This document shows, in pieces, positions 25,101 to 40,100 of a stretch of 64,000 nucleotides of DNA. The notes under the pieces were generated by a model. That model saw nothing but the letters and a program-made list of their open reading frames with translations. It was not told the origin of the DNA and ran no database searches. Within the stretch, counting starts at the first letter, position 1, and each line of letters begins with the position of its first letter. The translations under genes and the position numbers were made by a program. Source of the DNA: Phoronis australis (lineage: Eukaryota > Animalia > Phoronida); NCBI GenBank assembly GCA_002633005.1, contig NMRA01000912.1, positions 4,027-68,026 of the forward strand. Reading direction: 5' to 3'.

Positions 25101-28100
25101 AACAGCTTCAGTACACTAACGAACTGTATGATGGTTGCCATGGCAACATCACGATGCGCTGTAATGACCCGCTCTTAATGTTACCCACGATTAGTTGTCT
25201 GTTGCCGTTTCAGCCACGCCTAACTTTTCCCCGCCACCTGCTAACTTTGTTTGCGAGTTCACCCCACCTGTGTCCGCCCCGCCCAGTGGTCAGCAGAGGT
25301 CCAAGAAGGGGAAAAAGGTGGCGGCTAAAAGGTTAGTCAATTTTTACATAAAATCTATAGTTCAAAAAATTTTTCGCCATTTAATGAAGTGATCGGGAGA
25401 GGGAGTGAGAGGGAAAAATTTATTGGGAACCATAAATACACAAATGTGTACAAAAAATTACAGCATACTATACGTGGTTCATAGGGGGCGCTGGATGGTA
25501 TAGAACCATTTATGTCATAAGCCACCATGACAGTTCATTGATTAATACACTGCTTATCAATTAAATTGGACATGATCATATCTCAAACTAAGTTCTGTAT
25601 CAAGAAAAAAGCCATATAATAGAAAGAAAACAGGACATTACACTTGATTTACTATGGCAGTGACATCATCCAAATTACTGTTTGCATTCTTCTCTACATT
25701 AGTGAGAAGTTTGTTTCCTGAAAACCTTTTACTAAAGAACAGTCAGAACAGGTGAATAATATCCTCTGACTTCATGACAGGAAGCTGCTTAAAGCAAAAC
25801 CTCTAGCCTCTATTTGTAACAATATCATATTTGTTGCAATTATTCTATGGACCATTCTCATCTGTGCATGCATAGTTAATTGGGCTAAAGTTAAGAGTAT
25901 TCTGCGAAATGGCTTGCTATTTGTCATTTGACTTTTTAACTCCAAAAACATGTTACCATTTTGGTAAAAAACAGAAAAATTTATTACTTTTTTGCTAAAA
26001 TGTGATGCGTTTAACTTAGCAGTTATGTGGCAAAAACTTTATTCCATTATCAATGGTGAAACGGAGTGTAAGACAAGATGTCTGACTTGAACCTCAAGTA
26101 ACCCCTTGTGAAACAATGTCCTGCCAATGTCTGCACTAAGATCTTTCTGTTTCAGTGCCAAAAACAAAACTGACTTGAGTTCTACAGCCAATGATGTCTA
26201 CCAGTTTTCCAGCCAGGCAGTAAGTCATTGTGGATGCATAAAAGGTCACTAGACACTGCTCTCTTGAGCGTCCAGGGATTTGGAATAAATCGTGTGCATT
26301 TGAAACATCGTAAGAAAAAGTACCCATAATTCCTGGTTTGGCATAGTGTCGCGAGTTCTACTTACAGAGACCCAGATGGCAGCACGGTATTTCATTATGT
26401 AACAAAATGCTAAGTCAGTGTATTATCATTCCAGGGATTTTTTCATTAGTAAACATTTAGTATGTTAGTATGGAGTTTTCTCACTTCAAGACAGTCGCAC
26501 GTTTCAAAGCCATTGACTAACTAGCACTTTGTAAGGTGGGGCACAGTGGTGTCTAAGGTAAAATAGGCCGTCAGTTTAAATTTTATGCACCCACATATAA
26601 ATATGAGCATGAGCGACTACCGGTGTGCCCCCTAGTGGCAATTTTATTTTTTTTCTGTTTACCGGTCTGTATCTTCGAAAGTTCTCAACGGATTTTCATA
26701 AAATTTTGCAAATAGGTATTTGTTAGTGAGATGACACTACCTTCTGTTTTCGGTTGGATTCAAGGTATTTCGCACCACCTAGTGGCTATTTTTATTGTTT
26801 TCGAGTCTATCAACCAAACCAATCTGAGGATAGTTGTGAAAATTGGCATGTATGTTTCTATTGTGAAGAGGACGTCTAACGATGACTTTAAGACGACTTC
26901 AGACTGTTGTGGCGCCTCCTAGTTGCAGTTTTGTTTTTTGTGTGTTTGTGAAAACTTGTCTAGTTTCATTTCAAACCAATCAATAAAGATTAAAAGACAT
27001 GAATTCAGCAACTGTCATGATGGGGAATGTTTTTTACTTTTGTGGTGTGTACTGTTGTTCTTTTAAGAATTCATTTTATGTTAATGACATGTACATCAAC
27101 CCTCTGTTCAGACCACCCAGTCAACACAGAACAACGATAAAGCAGTGTCAGTTGAAAAAGCTATTAACCTGGAAGCGTACAGACCATTCTTCAGGTAAGT
27201 GACTCCTGTTGACTTTTCAATTAACTAATGCGCACACGACCAGCTTTTTTCTACCCTTACCCTGTGCACATGGGAGAACACTGAGCAAAAAAAACCTGAA
27301 AGGTGTAAAGTACGTACAGTTCCCAGCCAGTCATATTTCCGTTATGCATTACACAAGGCTTGGAATTTTCCGCGGAAACGCCGATTTCCGCTTTTTTCTC
27401 TTCTCCCTCCGTGCATTTTTGTTATATTTCCGTGAAAAAAAATTGGATTTGCCATAAATTTTCCGCCGTAAATTGGTTTTTAACAGCGGCGTTGCCAATG
27501 ATTCGAAAAGCGGAAACTGCTCTTTATGTTTTGGAGGAACGAAAATTGTAATTGCCGGGGCACCTGGGATAGCGTGGTTCATCAATGGCGTCTGCATACG
27601 GTATTAGTCGCGGTGACAAATAGTGCGATTATGCGGCCAAAAATGCATGGAGCTTGGAGTAGACAGAATATTTCGGGGAAAAAGTGGATAAAAGAAATGT
27701 TCAATGTTTTCTCGAACGACTTAAGTCTGGGTTTGCACTCTGTAAACGTTGATTGACAATTACGGCGTGTGTAGCCGAATCACGGAGGACCACCTGAAAA
27801 TAATGAAACACAAGAAAAAAAACGCATTCTGATGGGAAATACAACCGTAACCGGTAATTCGTTGGATTGGAATCATGGGATGTGAGTGATGTTTGAAATT
27901 TTGTTTGATCCCATGTGCAAGCCCGTGCCAGTAGTTGGCAAGTTGCTAGGCCCGAGTCCAATATACTACGTGCCGCTGAAATGGGATACAAAGTGCTATT
28001 TTTGTTACTGCAATTGTGTTTTAAATTGCCGTTGATGTATTCCAATATATTTTGACATTTTTCATGGTTTATTTTTGTTAAAATGTGTAGTTTTGACCAA

Positions 28101-31100
28101 CTCGAGTTTTGCAGCTCAAGAAAGAAGTGGTCACATGAATGATCTGTTTGGTCTAAGCCATTGTTTTCAAATTCTGCTAGCCAATTTTCAGTATCCTAAC
28201 TTGAAGTTATTTCTTATGTCACATAGTTTGTTCTACACCAGCGTGGCTTATGAACAATTATCTCCTGTAAATACTGTTTTAAACTGAAAAGTTTGGCCTA
28301 CTTAGGAGTGTGAAATGTTTTCTATAGTTTAAAGTATGTTGTTTTTACTTTCATTTTTTCCATGCTAATAGTTGGGTATGAGCCACAGGTTTTTGTCTTG
28401 ATTTATTTCCATTGCGTTGGAATACATTCTTTGTTGGAATTAAATGTGTCCGTATTTCAGGCTTCCAGATAATCTCTGGTCGATTTTCAAATTATTTTAT
28501 AATTTTCAATCATAATTATAAGAACTTAAAATAATGAAAATAATTTTGTAGGTCTCCCTGCAGCAAATCAAGAATAACCTGTCACTCACACTGCAAATTT
28601 TGCATCACTATCTTTATTATTTTAATTTAAAAAGATATCCTTTGTTGCATCTAATTGCCTTAATTATTGGCTCTGAAATAGATGTCAGGTACTGCTTAAA
28701 ATGAGTGCGTTTTACCAAGACGACACAGTTACAGTGCATCTTGTGATGATCATGTTTACTTTCGATCTGTTGAGGTATGGTTGTTTAGATTGCAATGTGT
28801 ATTTGGGGCAGTAAAAATTTTCCTCTTTTTTATCATGGGTCATTCCAAGCCCTGAATTGGAGATTGTCTAAAGTAATCAACACTTCCAAAAGGGTACATA
28901 ACGTACACTTTTGTCAGATCACCTCTAGTCTGCCCTTTAGAAAAAGTATTTCCAAAAATGTAGATTTTCTTCTTTTAATGACATTTTATGAAAAATTGAA
29001 AGTGCATTTTTTACTCCTGTTTTGTACATTCTAACTGATAATTAGCTGGGTCAGAGCTTGTTCCAAATTTCGAAACAGGCAATATTGGAAGTCCCACACT
29101 CAAGAATTTCGAATAAAAAGCAACATTCAGCTGGATATTGCACTTTATAAGAACACATGAAATCTTTGTGTTGAACAATTTTATGAACTATCCACTTGCA
29201 GACCATGATCATACAAAATGGAGGGTCTGTAATTTTAGAGATATGATGAACCCCAATCTTCCGAATCAAGACTTAATTTCGGTTTGATCTTTTGTGGAAC
29301 AATTTTGGAGACTGCCAATTTTTACTGTACATTACAAACTAGGTATTTGAATTGACTCGGAGCACAAATATGTCAGCCATCTTCAAAATCAAGTGTCACC
29401 AGTCAGCGTGGAACCAGGGTTTTCGTAACTTTGATTTCATTTTCATTTATACAACTTTTGACTTTTTACTTGGAAATCATAAAGGTCCCATTTATGGATT
29501 GCCCTTTGCACAAAGGGATAACATTTTAAAAAGAATTCGTAGCAGCTATTTTGGAGAGCACTGAAACGTTATTGTGTCTTTAGACCCATGGATGTGTATC
29601 TGAAATAATGCCTTTTTCCACAGTCGTTCTCACTCAAGTGTTTCGCATATTGGTGCATGTGGCTTAGTTGTGTATACAAGCCCAGGTAATGTCACGTGCA
29701 TAGGCCCATACATTAACTTGCTTATAGGCGCACTCGTTTTGCGAACCCTGTACCTATTTATGGCTTTTTTATGTTTTCCTCTGTATCTTTGGAATTCCTT
29801 GGTGTATTTTCAAAAAAATGTAACTGGTTTTGAATTACCATATTGCCACGCATTTAAGCCTGATATCCAAATACCGCCTTGTTTCGTGGCCTTTTATTAT
29901 TATTATTATCTAAGTGGTGCGTATATTGGTGCATGCGCCTTAGTTTCGAATGACGCGCATTTCCACTCGGACGCCAATATCTGAAAATTTCATATGAATA
30001 AGCTCAGCTATTTCTGAGATATGATGTTCTGAAGTTAGCCCGCTTTGGACAAATCTACAAAACTACAGAATTAAATCTGGTGAAACTTCAAAGCCTGCAT
30101 ATACCAGTCTGCTGCTGACTGGGTCACGTGACCCTGCCTTTTTCATAGTACAATTGAGTAAAAACAGTACATTCATCAGGGCTTGGAATTTTCCGCGGAA
30201 ACACAAATTTCCACTTTTTTTAAATGTTCTGTCCGCGCATTTTATTATATTTCCGCGTAAAAAAATCGGATTTGATATAAAATTTCCGCAGCAAATTCCT
30301 TTGCAGACGACGTTCACCTCGAAAAGCGGAAGTTGCTCTTTATGTTTCGGAGGAACGTAAATTGTCAACATTGCCGGGGCATCTGGGATAGCGTGGTGGG
30401 ATTTTCAATGGCGTCTCATGTGATTGTAAACCGCGGTGAGAAATACTACGGCTCTGCAGCCAAAATGTGTGGGTTGGGAGTGGACGGACGAGCTAAAAGG
30501 ACGCAGACGCATGCTGTTGATTGTGGTAACGTTTTTTTTTTTTAGTCCTCTCGATTTTTGTCTGTGTAAGGCTCACATTGACCATTTCAAGGCTGGGTAG
30601 CGCGCATGTTTTGGGCCGTAACAGTTTCCGCGCTTTTTGTCATTGGTCATTCCAAGCCCTGAATCATAGCAAAGCAGTGGAAGCAAAAACGTGACCAAAT
30701 TTCATTTGACATATTTTCCTGACGAAATCTCTTTTACAGTTTTTGAATGATGTCATTTTTTGTTTTATGCACTTATAATTTTTTTCCTATTCTTGAATAG
30801 CCCCAAAAGCAAAAGCGCAACATGATAAAGAGTTCCTAACAGTGTTTTGGTTAACGATGCCTGAAGTTTATAGCATCTGAAAGTTTCATATGAATTTGGT
30901 CAGCAGTTTCTGAGATATGGCATTCTGAAAATTAGCCAAATTTGTTTATTTTCTTGGGTCCTACATAACATAAGTTGCATTAGGTGAATCGTGTAGAAAT
31001 TCTTCAATTTTATATGACAGCGCATCTGTTCTATGCAAACACAAGGTTGCCTTTGTTTAGTGAAATGCAGACCTCTGCTAGACTGGAGCTGAATGATATG

Positions 31101-34100
31101 CAAACAATCAATGTACCTTAGTTGTTTGTCTTCTTGACCCCAAGTTGACCACACATGTCTTCTCCACTTTTGCTAATGCGTTTTATTGAGCTCCAAATGT
31201 ACAACAAATTAATGTTCATAGCACTTTAGATATGGAAGTCACTTATGCAACCAATGTGCTGATCCATGTCTCTTGTCTATAAATCAAACAGAATGTGGCT
31301 GGAATATGAATGACGTGATATTGAACCCTGAATTTCCTGGGATGGGATTCAGTGATTTATACTGTTTTGTTGCCGTGGCTACTGCACCGCGGATTGCAGT
31401 TTGCTTTTCACGCGCCCTTCGATTTCTGCGAGCACATTGGTCAATTGTGAAAACTGTCGCCATGGTGTTTATGTGCTCACATTAATAAGACTAAATAAAT
31501 GATGTCACTTTCGTGCAGGTAGATTGTTCACATGACAAATTTTTCTTACTCTGTATCACCATGTATTTGTCAGACTGATTCAACAACTCTGCTGGTGAGT
31601 TGTTCCGAGCTGCATGAGAAATGTGTCCTGAAGATTGTGATTTGAAGGCTCAAGTACTGAATTGTTGTTTAGAGCATTTATGAATTACACCAGCATCTAT
31701 TATTGTATTGTTACAACCAGAGGAATGATAACAATAAGTTCGCTACGAACATAAGCAACGGAACGAGATTAAATGAAATTAAATATTTGAAGAGGAAACT
31801 AAACATAACTGAGATCTGGACTCTGGAAGGTTGATACCGGCTGGGTGTTGTTAGGAGCCATCGTCTGACTATTCATGTGTAAATCTGGCAACGAATGAAG
31901 TCAACATCTGAGATCATGACCGTTCTTAATACAGATGAAACAAATGTGAGAGTTGCTGCTAAAGAAAGGATCCGTCGCTTTTGTGACAACACTTCAGCTC
32001 ATGGCTTAAGTCAGACCACGAAACAGCGCAGTGCAGTTAGGGTGGTGCTATGGTTCTTTGCCTTTGTGGGAGGTCTATTTGGTAGTATTGTGTTGATTGA
32101 GATGACGGTTAGTGACTTTATAGCTGGTCACCATAGTATTAAGTCGAAAGACGCAGTATCGCCAAGGAAACCGTTTCCCTCAGTTACTCTGTGTAATGTT
32201 AACGCTGTTAGTTTTAGTAAGTTGGAGAATAATATATTTTCCACCTTCAAATCTCTTGGCTTGTTTGGTGAGAACTGTAGCAATGAGATTTCTCCATTAC
32301 AGCGACATCTTGCGGGACGTCGCTTTGACATTACGCTTTTGTACGAATACAATCAGTCATTGGTCGATGTTTTCGGTCATGCCAAACGAGACTTCATCGT
32401 CAATTGTCAGTATGGTTCATCACGAGGCTGCGAAGCGCAGTTCCAGCGTCAGATCGATCCAGAATTGTTCAACTGTTTTACGTTTAAACCGTCATCGGTT
32501 CCATTTTCCACAGGCGCAAAGGACGGCTTGTCTTTAACATTGTTTCTGGAGAACTGGAGGGAAAGAGATACCTTTGGTCCACATATGCCCCCCATATCGT
32601 CACCAGCCGCTTATTCGGAGGCTGATGTTGGGGTCAAGGTCATTCTGCATGATCCCGGCTCATTGGCTATACCGCGGGATCAAGGCCATATTGCAAAAGT
32701 GGGTCATATCACCAATTTTAAGATTGACGTCGTTAATAGGTCGCGACTGAGAGATCGTTGTAGTGACCAGGAAAGGATCGAAGTTGATAACAGCTCGTTC
32801 GTCTACACTCCCCTGTTATGCAAATATCAGTGTATTGTTGATCTGATCGCTGACAGATGTGGCTGTGTCTATATGCCATTCACATTTGGCAACAAGTTCG
32901 GGCACCACCTGCCATACTGCGGTGAATATCCTTGCAACACAAGCAAGATAGCCGAAAACTATCGGTGCGTTGGACCTGTTGTGAAGGAGACTTTGTCTTA
33001 TCATAAAAGCTGTTCATGGTGTAAGAAACAGTGCTTGGAAACATCCTTTAAAGCACGCATCAGTCAGTCGGACTGGCCGTCTAACCTCTACAGACAGGAA
33101 GTCCTTAGGTGGCTTCAGAACAGGCCAAATGACACTCTTTATGTTCAACAGTTGAGATATCGGGTAAATGCAAACGAGAAGTACGATTATTTGATGAAGA
33201 ACTTTTTGAGAATCAACATCTTCTTTGATGACTTTAACATTGTTGAAAAAAAGGATGTGTGGGATATGGGGTGGTATGCCCTGTTGTCGAACATCGGAGG
33301 TGCGCTCGGCATCTGCGTGGGCATATCGGCTATCACTGTGTTTGAAATCGTGGAAATGACAGTGGATTTGATGGGTTATTTATTGAAGTATTGCAAAGAC
33401 AAGCATAAGCAACAAACTGAGGTTTCTGCATTCTAATTTTCAATAAATTTAGTTTTTTCAAAGTGCTGTCATTAGGCTTTTGAGTTCCTATGCTGAAATT
33501 CTACTACCGCACCCCATTTTGGGTTGATTGTCGTGCTGCCACATTTTTTACTATCATTTCCCCTGCAATCACAATCTTGATGATTTTACCTTATAACTGA
33601 CGTTAAGCATACTTTGTTCTGGTCTAGAGTTGTCCTTGAGAATCGTGTCGGCGATGTGCTAATTTTTGTTGCTGACGTTTTCAAAAAAGAATATCCACTT
33701 GAGAGGAGCAAAAATGATGAGAGATTTGTTTTTTAGCTGTCGCATGACAAATCATTGGGTTTCATACCTCGCTTTACCCTCGCTTGCGTGCCTTTGTGCA
33801 GCTTCTCAAAAAGACACCAGAGCTCTGGTGAAATTGACGAGGGTGAGTAAAGGCCAGAACCAGTCATGCTTTTTGGACGGATATTCGCAAGGAAATTTTA
33901 TTAAGAAGGCAGAACATAATGAGAGCATGCCACCTTTCTTCACGCTCACTTTCACTGCTTGCAAGAAATCTGATTTGTTTCTTTCAACCTCATCTAAAAG
34001 TGAACTGAAAACGTTATATGACACAAATGCAAATTTTTCAGAAACATTCAATTTCGTTATAGGAATGTCCTGAGTTGTAAATAAAATCAATTAAAATAAT

Positions 34101-37100
34101 AGATGATAAGAAAATTAAACCTGTTAAACTGGACTGTGGTATTTGCTAAAATTCTTAAGCTCGTCGCTACTCAATACACACGTACTGAATGTGGTAATTT
34201 TGGTCTCTCTAATGCTTGTATTCGTATCTCGTGAGAACGCAGCAAGAAGCTCCACCCCTTCCACTCAAGATCAGAACGGGACACTCCTGAGGGCTTGAGG
34301 ATTTTAGCATCTATCATTAGTCCAGTCGTACAGATTTAATTTCGTTGATTGTGAACTTTCCTGGATGGATAAAGATTTACATTTCAAAATTGTAATAGAT
34401 GATGTTTCTTAATATGAAGTTCATGTGTAAGTAATATACTGGAATTGAGTGAACAGGAAGAATATTCTTTGACTGAGTCTCAGGGTCGTGCGATTTGTTA
34501 TTTCTGCCAAAATATGCTTACAAGAGGTTATTTAAAGTGACATTCCTTTCCATCCATGAATTTCCTTGTTTTTTTTTCAAATCTGCATTCTTCTCAGTAT
34601 TAGATATATAACTTCTATCGTCTACCTTTTAGTAATCAAGTTCATTTACTGAAAGCACGTCTTTAACGATGTGAGGTACATGACTTAACAGCCCAATTGT
34701 GCGGAAAGATTGAATAGATGCATTGCCAACAGCTTATAGTTATGTTGTAGTTTGCTTTGCAAAATGTAGCCCATTAAATGTTGTATGGGATTGAAAACAA
34801 TCTGTTCATTCTAATCTCATGTTGAATATGTGAGAAATTTAAAGTGCTTAAAACCACCATTTACCTTGTTTTGACTAGTGACCACATTGTTAGCATCATT
34901 AAACCTTCCTTTATGGGACCGCGTGAATTCAATATCCCAAAAAAGAGAAAATAGAAGAAAATCAACTTTATTTGAAGGTTTCTTAGCTCCACGGACACAG
35001 GTGTGATATTTGAATGTAACCAACGCCAGTATGTCATGTCTAACAACACCAGAATTTCTTGTACATCTGTGCTTCCCTATGTCCCGTGGCAAAAGTGAAA
35101 AGAGCCACTGCATGGCCTAATACTAAGCTGTCACAACTACCATAAACACGCCTCGCCATTCCTCATTATACCATAAGACACATGCATATGAGCACCAATA
35201 TCTGGTAACTTTTCACACTAAACACAATGGAGGATAACTGGTGCTGTGATTGGTTGGCCTGATTTTTCGTAGTATATTTCTACCAATAAATGCTCATTCC
35301 TCAAGATCAGATATTTAACATATCGTCAGACAGTGCTTGCAGATGCTCTGATTTGTCGGCTGGTGGGGTTGTTTTTTGGTGTTTTGGTATGAAATTAATG
35401 ATTTTAAGCACTTTAATGTTACATTTCACCCTTTTTAGCTGGCTAATTATTTAATGAAAATCGAAATTGTAAAGTCTGTTTCATAATTTCCCTTACCAGG
35501 ATACCACTGGCAACCCAGACACGAAAACGCTTCAGAGTTCATTGGGGATTGTCCTGCCCTGAGATTTTGAATTCAAAAGTGGCTCATGTACACATTGGCT
35601 GTGACTTGAGTTGGTGGCTCCCTGACAATAATTCAAAATCGCAATCGCATGAGTGTGGTAATGTTTTAAAACCCTAAAGCACTTTAGTATTTAATTCAAC
35701 ATATATAGCAAAATAGCGGGGAAATGCAACTTTAAGCAAAATATGTTTCATATTGCATTGTCTGAACTGTGCCAGTGGTAAAGAATGAGTTTTCTGCAGA
35801 TTTGTATATTGATTATAATAAACTAGAAGTTAGCATTTGTCAGCAATATTCTATATAGCATCTCACTGTTTGTGTAACAGTAGCGTGTATGATTTTGATG
35901 TCAATAAAAATTGGTGTCATTTAGCTGCAAAACCATGTTTCGCTCCTTTGTTTTTTACTAAAACAACCTTTTTGGTAATTGGTATTTGGATCAATTCCAA
36001 AAATATTACAAATAATTGGTTCCCATTTCAAAGCTTTCTTTAACAGACTGAATTGACAAAAATGTTTCATAACTTTTGTTCACTGTTTGTTCTTGGTAGA
36101 AACCGTTGACACTGAAAGAAACAAAACGCAGTGTGTGCCTGTCACGTTTTGATGTTGCTTTCGCTTCATAGTACCATTCTTTTGCCTTGGTAACATAATA
36201 CAATTTTTTGAAAAAGCAGCAATATGATATTTATATTTTTAAAGATAAAATTAAAATTTATGGACATCCTTTTGTAGTTAAAGACGGTTTCATTAAAAAT
36301 GACTGAAGACTGAAGACAGAAATTTTGTCTTACGTACCACACAACTATTTCTGGAAAATAATATAGTATGACTGCTGAGAGTAATGTCTCCTATGTTATA
36401 CACTGTTAGATAAGTTAGTTACTGAGATAATTTCTATAAATTATTTCTAGACAGCAATGTACTCAAATGGCCCAACTGTTCCTAAATAGTGAAGTGAGTG
36501 CGGGTACAGACCCAAGTTCTGTCTCAAGTCTTAAAGTGGAACTTGCACGCTAATTCCTTATCAAATTAACTAGAACTACAACATGTAGCGATGATGTGAA
36601 TATCAAATATGCTGAAAATAGCCAAATGATTTTAAGAATGCATTTTGTGTCGAAAATGATCCACTGTTAATCGCTGAACCATGTCCTGTAAATATTGTGA
36701 CGTGGTGTTTGGGAATAACTCTGCATGACGCGCTATTTGAGCTCCCTATGTACGTCATTATTGCAAAGGTCACTTTTTTGAAGAATTTTTTGTTTTCACA
36801 TTTACAAGTTGTCAATGAATACAACTACTGCACTTTGTTTAGTGTAGATGTTGCTCAATTAGCATTGTTGTTCAGTTCTTGCTATACAATAGCATAGTTG
36901 GGAACATGCAGATACATCAAAGTCACTTTCATGAAATGGATTCTTGGTGGGATTGGGACTTGATTTTGAATAAACACTATAATGGCACTATAGACCATTT
37001 CTTATCTATGGGTATCTGTTTTTTTATCATTTTCTGAACTTACTGTAGTGGAGTGTTGGTGTTGACAGTGTCATAGATAACATTAATGATAATTTTGTGA

Positions 37101-40100
37101 ATAGGAACTTGACTTTCATTTCACTGCATTATTGCATAATTTCCATGAATCAACTCAGTAGACTATGGAGTATTTACCTTTCCGTTTTATGTAAACTTCA
37201 ATGGAATCAAAGTATTTGAGGAGATCCACCAAGTCAACATCAGGTTCATTAAATGGAGTGTCCTTGTAAGCAAATGGAGACTGGCCTCTTATGTTGCATA
37301 CTTACTCATTTTGTTGTGAATATGTGGGCAAATGCCAGGGACTCGCTACGTAATGGACACATATTAGTTAGATTATCACTCAACTATGACAAAGCTCTGC
37401 ATACTGTTACTCTTGCATTGACTCTAGTAAAGCTCTACATGCAAGTCAGAATTCTTAAAAAACGTTGTTTCTCTCACAAAACTCAGAGAAAATGTGCAGA
37501 TCATCCGACATAAATCCCCTGCTTGTTTTTACCTCTTTTAATGTCTTCCAAAATCCCATGCACTCGACCCTTAGTTTGAATTTTGCATAACTTGGATGAA
37601 ATCTTTCTATTTGGTCAGATATGACTTATGGTATGCTCGTTTTACTGTGGTACCAACGCTGGTGCGTACTCATATAGTGCACAAAATGTACACGTCAAAA
37701 AGTAATTATGATCATAATTCTTCACTCATTTTGCACTCAATATGGCCGCTAAGTGAAATTCTCTTTTGCCAAATTCCATCACAAAAATAAAGATTAAAGA
37801 AATTTAGTCTATTAATAGCATAGCTTAGTTTATATTGTGTTGTCTTATTTTGGTGACTAATTTTCCATTATTTTTAGTAAAGTAACGAGCCTTTTGAAAA
37901 ACGGACAAATTACTATTTTGGCAAAGAGGTGTCCCGGATTACACAGCACCATTCGAATTTCGCTGTATTTACCCACAATGCAGTAAACATTCGTCAGGCA
38001 CATTTGCTGCCTCGTTTTGGTGCCTCCGCAGTTTCACGTTATCTGTTGTCTGATTCTTCACAAGTTTTCTCGGTTGCATTACTCTATTGATTTTGTCCTT
38101 CCAATACCAACAAAGTATTCCCGGACCTGCTGTGGGCGAGAAAGTTTGATAAACTGGACAAATACCTGTGGATGTGTGATGTGATATTCTTCACCTTCCC
38201 GACATCAATGAGAGACATGAAAATGTGCGTGATTTCCAAAACAAGATCACGCACATTCTTATCTCTGAGACAAAGGAGAGTTCTATAGCCGTGTAATCCA
38301 GGACAGGCCTATTATGTTTGTGTGAAGTATGTCAGTGAAGATCACTTCCATCAGATTGGTCACTATAGTGTGCAGTGAGTGAGTGACCTGTTTTGTGAAT
38401 GTAGTACGCACGTTGCGGTGATCTTCAGTTTTCACATTGGTTTTGTCTTTTGCCTCAAGAGGCTATCAATGTGATAATGCACCAGTCGGGTTTACTAAAC
38501 GTCCACTTCTCAAACCTTGAAATCAGTGAAAACTATATGTTGTCATGAATGAAACTGAAGTCTTCAGATGTTGCAGTCGCCCACTTCTAAAATTTTTTGT
38601 GGTGCATGTGTCTTATGCGGACGTGTACAAGCATGTATTATCTTACGGTAATAAATACCAAAGACAATTAGCAAATGACACAAAATCCCGATCGAGTCGA
38701 TACCAAGAATATCCACCCCTCACAAAGCCTCATTGCCCTCGAGACAGTACCCGAGAGAACAGAGGACTCCCAGGGGTTGGTGGCATGTCCTTAGTAACCT
38801 CTTCTTTGGGAGAATGTCAGAACTAGATTGCTTAAAAATGTCAATAATACATTACTGTGGTTTTGAAATTTTCTACAAGTGTTTTAATTAAGTATATGTT
38901 GTTTTAAATGTAATGATCTGACACCGAATCATTAGTCTTATTTCACATGCCTGTCCAGTAGAGCACACTTACCTTAAGTGAGAGCGAGTGCCAGCCTAAA
39001 GTGAGAGCTTGCTATTGAACGTCAACATGCGCTCACAAATGAACACCCCTATGATCAATATAAAACAAGCGTAGGCTGCTGAACTGATTTATTTTTTTTT
39101 CTGTACCAAACTTACAACAATCTTGCCATGCATACTTTGTGCATTTCCAGCTCATACTGCTTAGAATCAGAGTCGTTGCTTAAGGTAATCACCTTGAAAC
39201 TCTTAAGGTCTCCTCAGACACCATCTTGGATTTCTGAGCGAATTACCTATTGAGAGTGATCGCCAGCGCTCACGTCCTCTTGCAATTGCTCGCTGACTAA
39301 ATACTTAAACTCGTCCCCCAGAGTGGACTATTTCATTTAGAATAAAATGCAACAATGTCTGTAACAATTTTGCCTACTTCTCGATATTGAAATTTGCTGG
39401 AGTATGAACATTTCTGTAGAATTCTGTTCATTTTTAGGGAGCTGGACATTGGCGTTTTCAGTGCATTGGAGACGGGTTCTATCAGCAGGGCTGTGTTGGA
39501 TACTGAGATGAACATTAAGGTTGGTGAAGGATGTGGTCTACATCAACTATTCTCGACTGTTTTGTTGTTTGAGCGCTGACAAGTTTATCGTTACACTATT
39601 TGTCTGTTTCCGAACTCTGACTCTGAGAGCCCATGGCCGATGATTACAAAACTTCACTTAAGTCTCGACTGGGTAGGTGCCTAATCTCATTGCATGAAAT
39701 GAAGCTTGCCATATAGTTGGTCAACTTTTGCAACAAGTGTCGAGGAAAGTTTATTGGTCACAGGGCCCAAGTTATATTTTTCTTAACTGAGAGAAAACTG
39801 TGAAGTTCAGATCCATTCCGCACATAGCATGCATGCAGCTTAGTATCATGACGGTACATTACATGCTCAGCATCACAAAGCCAGTACCTATTGTTCAGCT
39901 ATGTTCGGCTTATCTGGATAGATTAGGGTCAATGACTTCTGAGATGAAAGGACTACATATTCTGTTATCCTCAACTCTCATCGTTGTTTGTACAGTAATT
40001 CAACTGAGATGGAAGGAGTCAGACTTTTTGAAAATCAGAACACGATCTTTCTAGACATTGTAGAATTGAAGAAGACCTCAGGATTAGTGTAGATCGAATC

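Noticed and set aside
33666-34090. 135-aa ORF downstream of the channel gene
   Set aside because: Non-ATG start, no recognisable motif, and it lies in probable UTR or intron.
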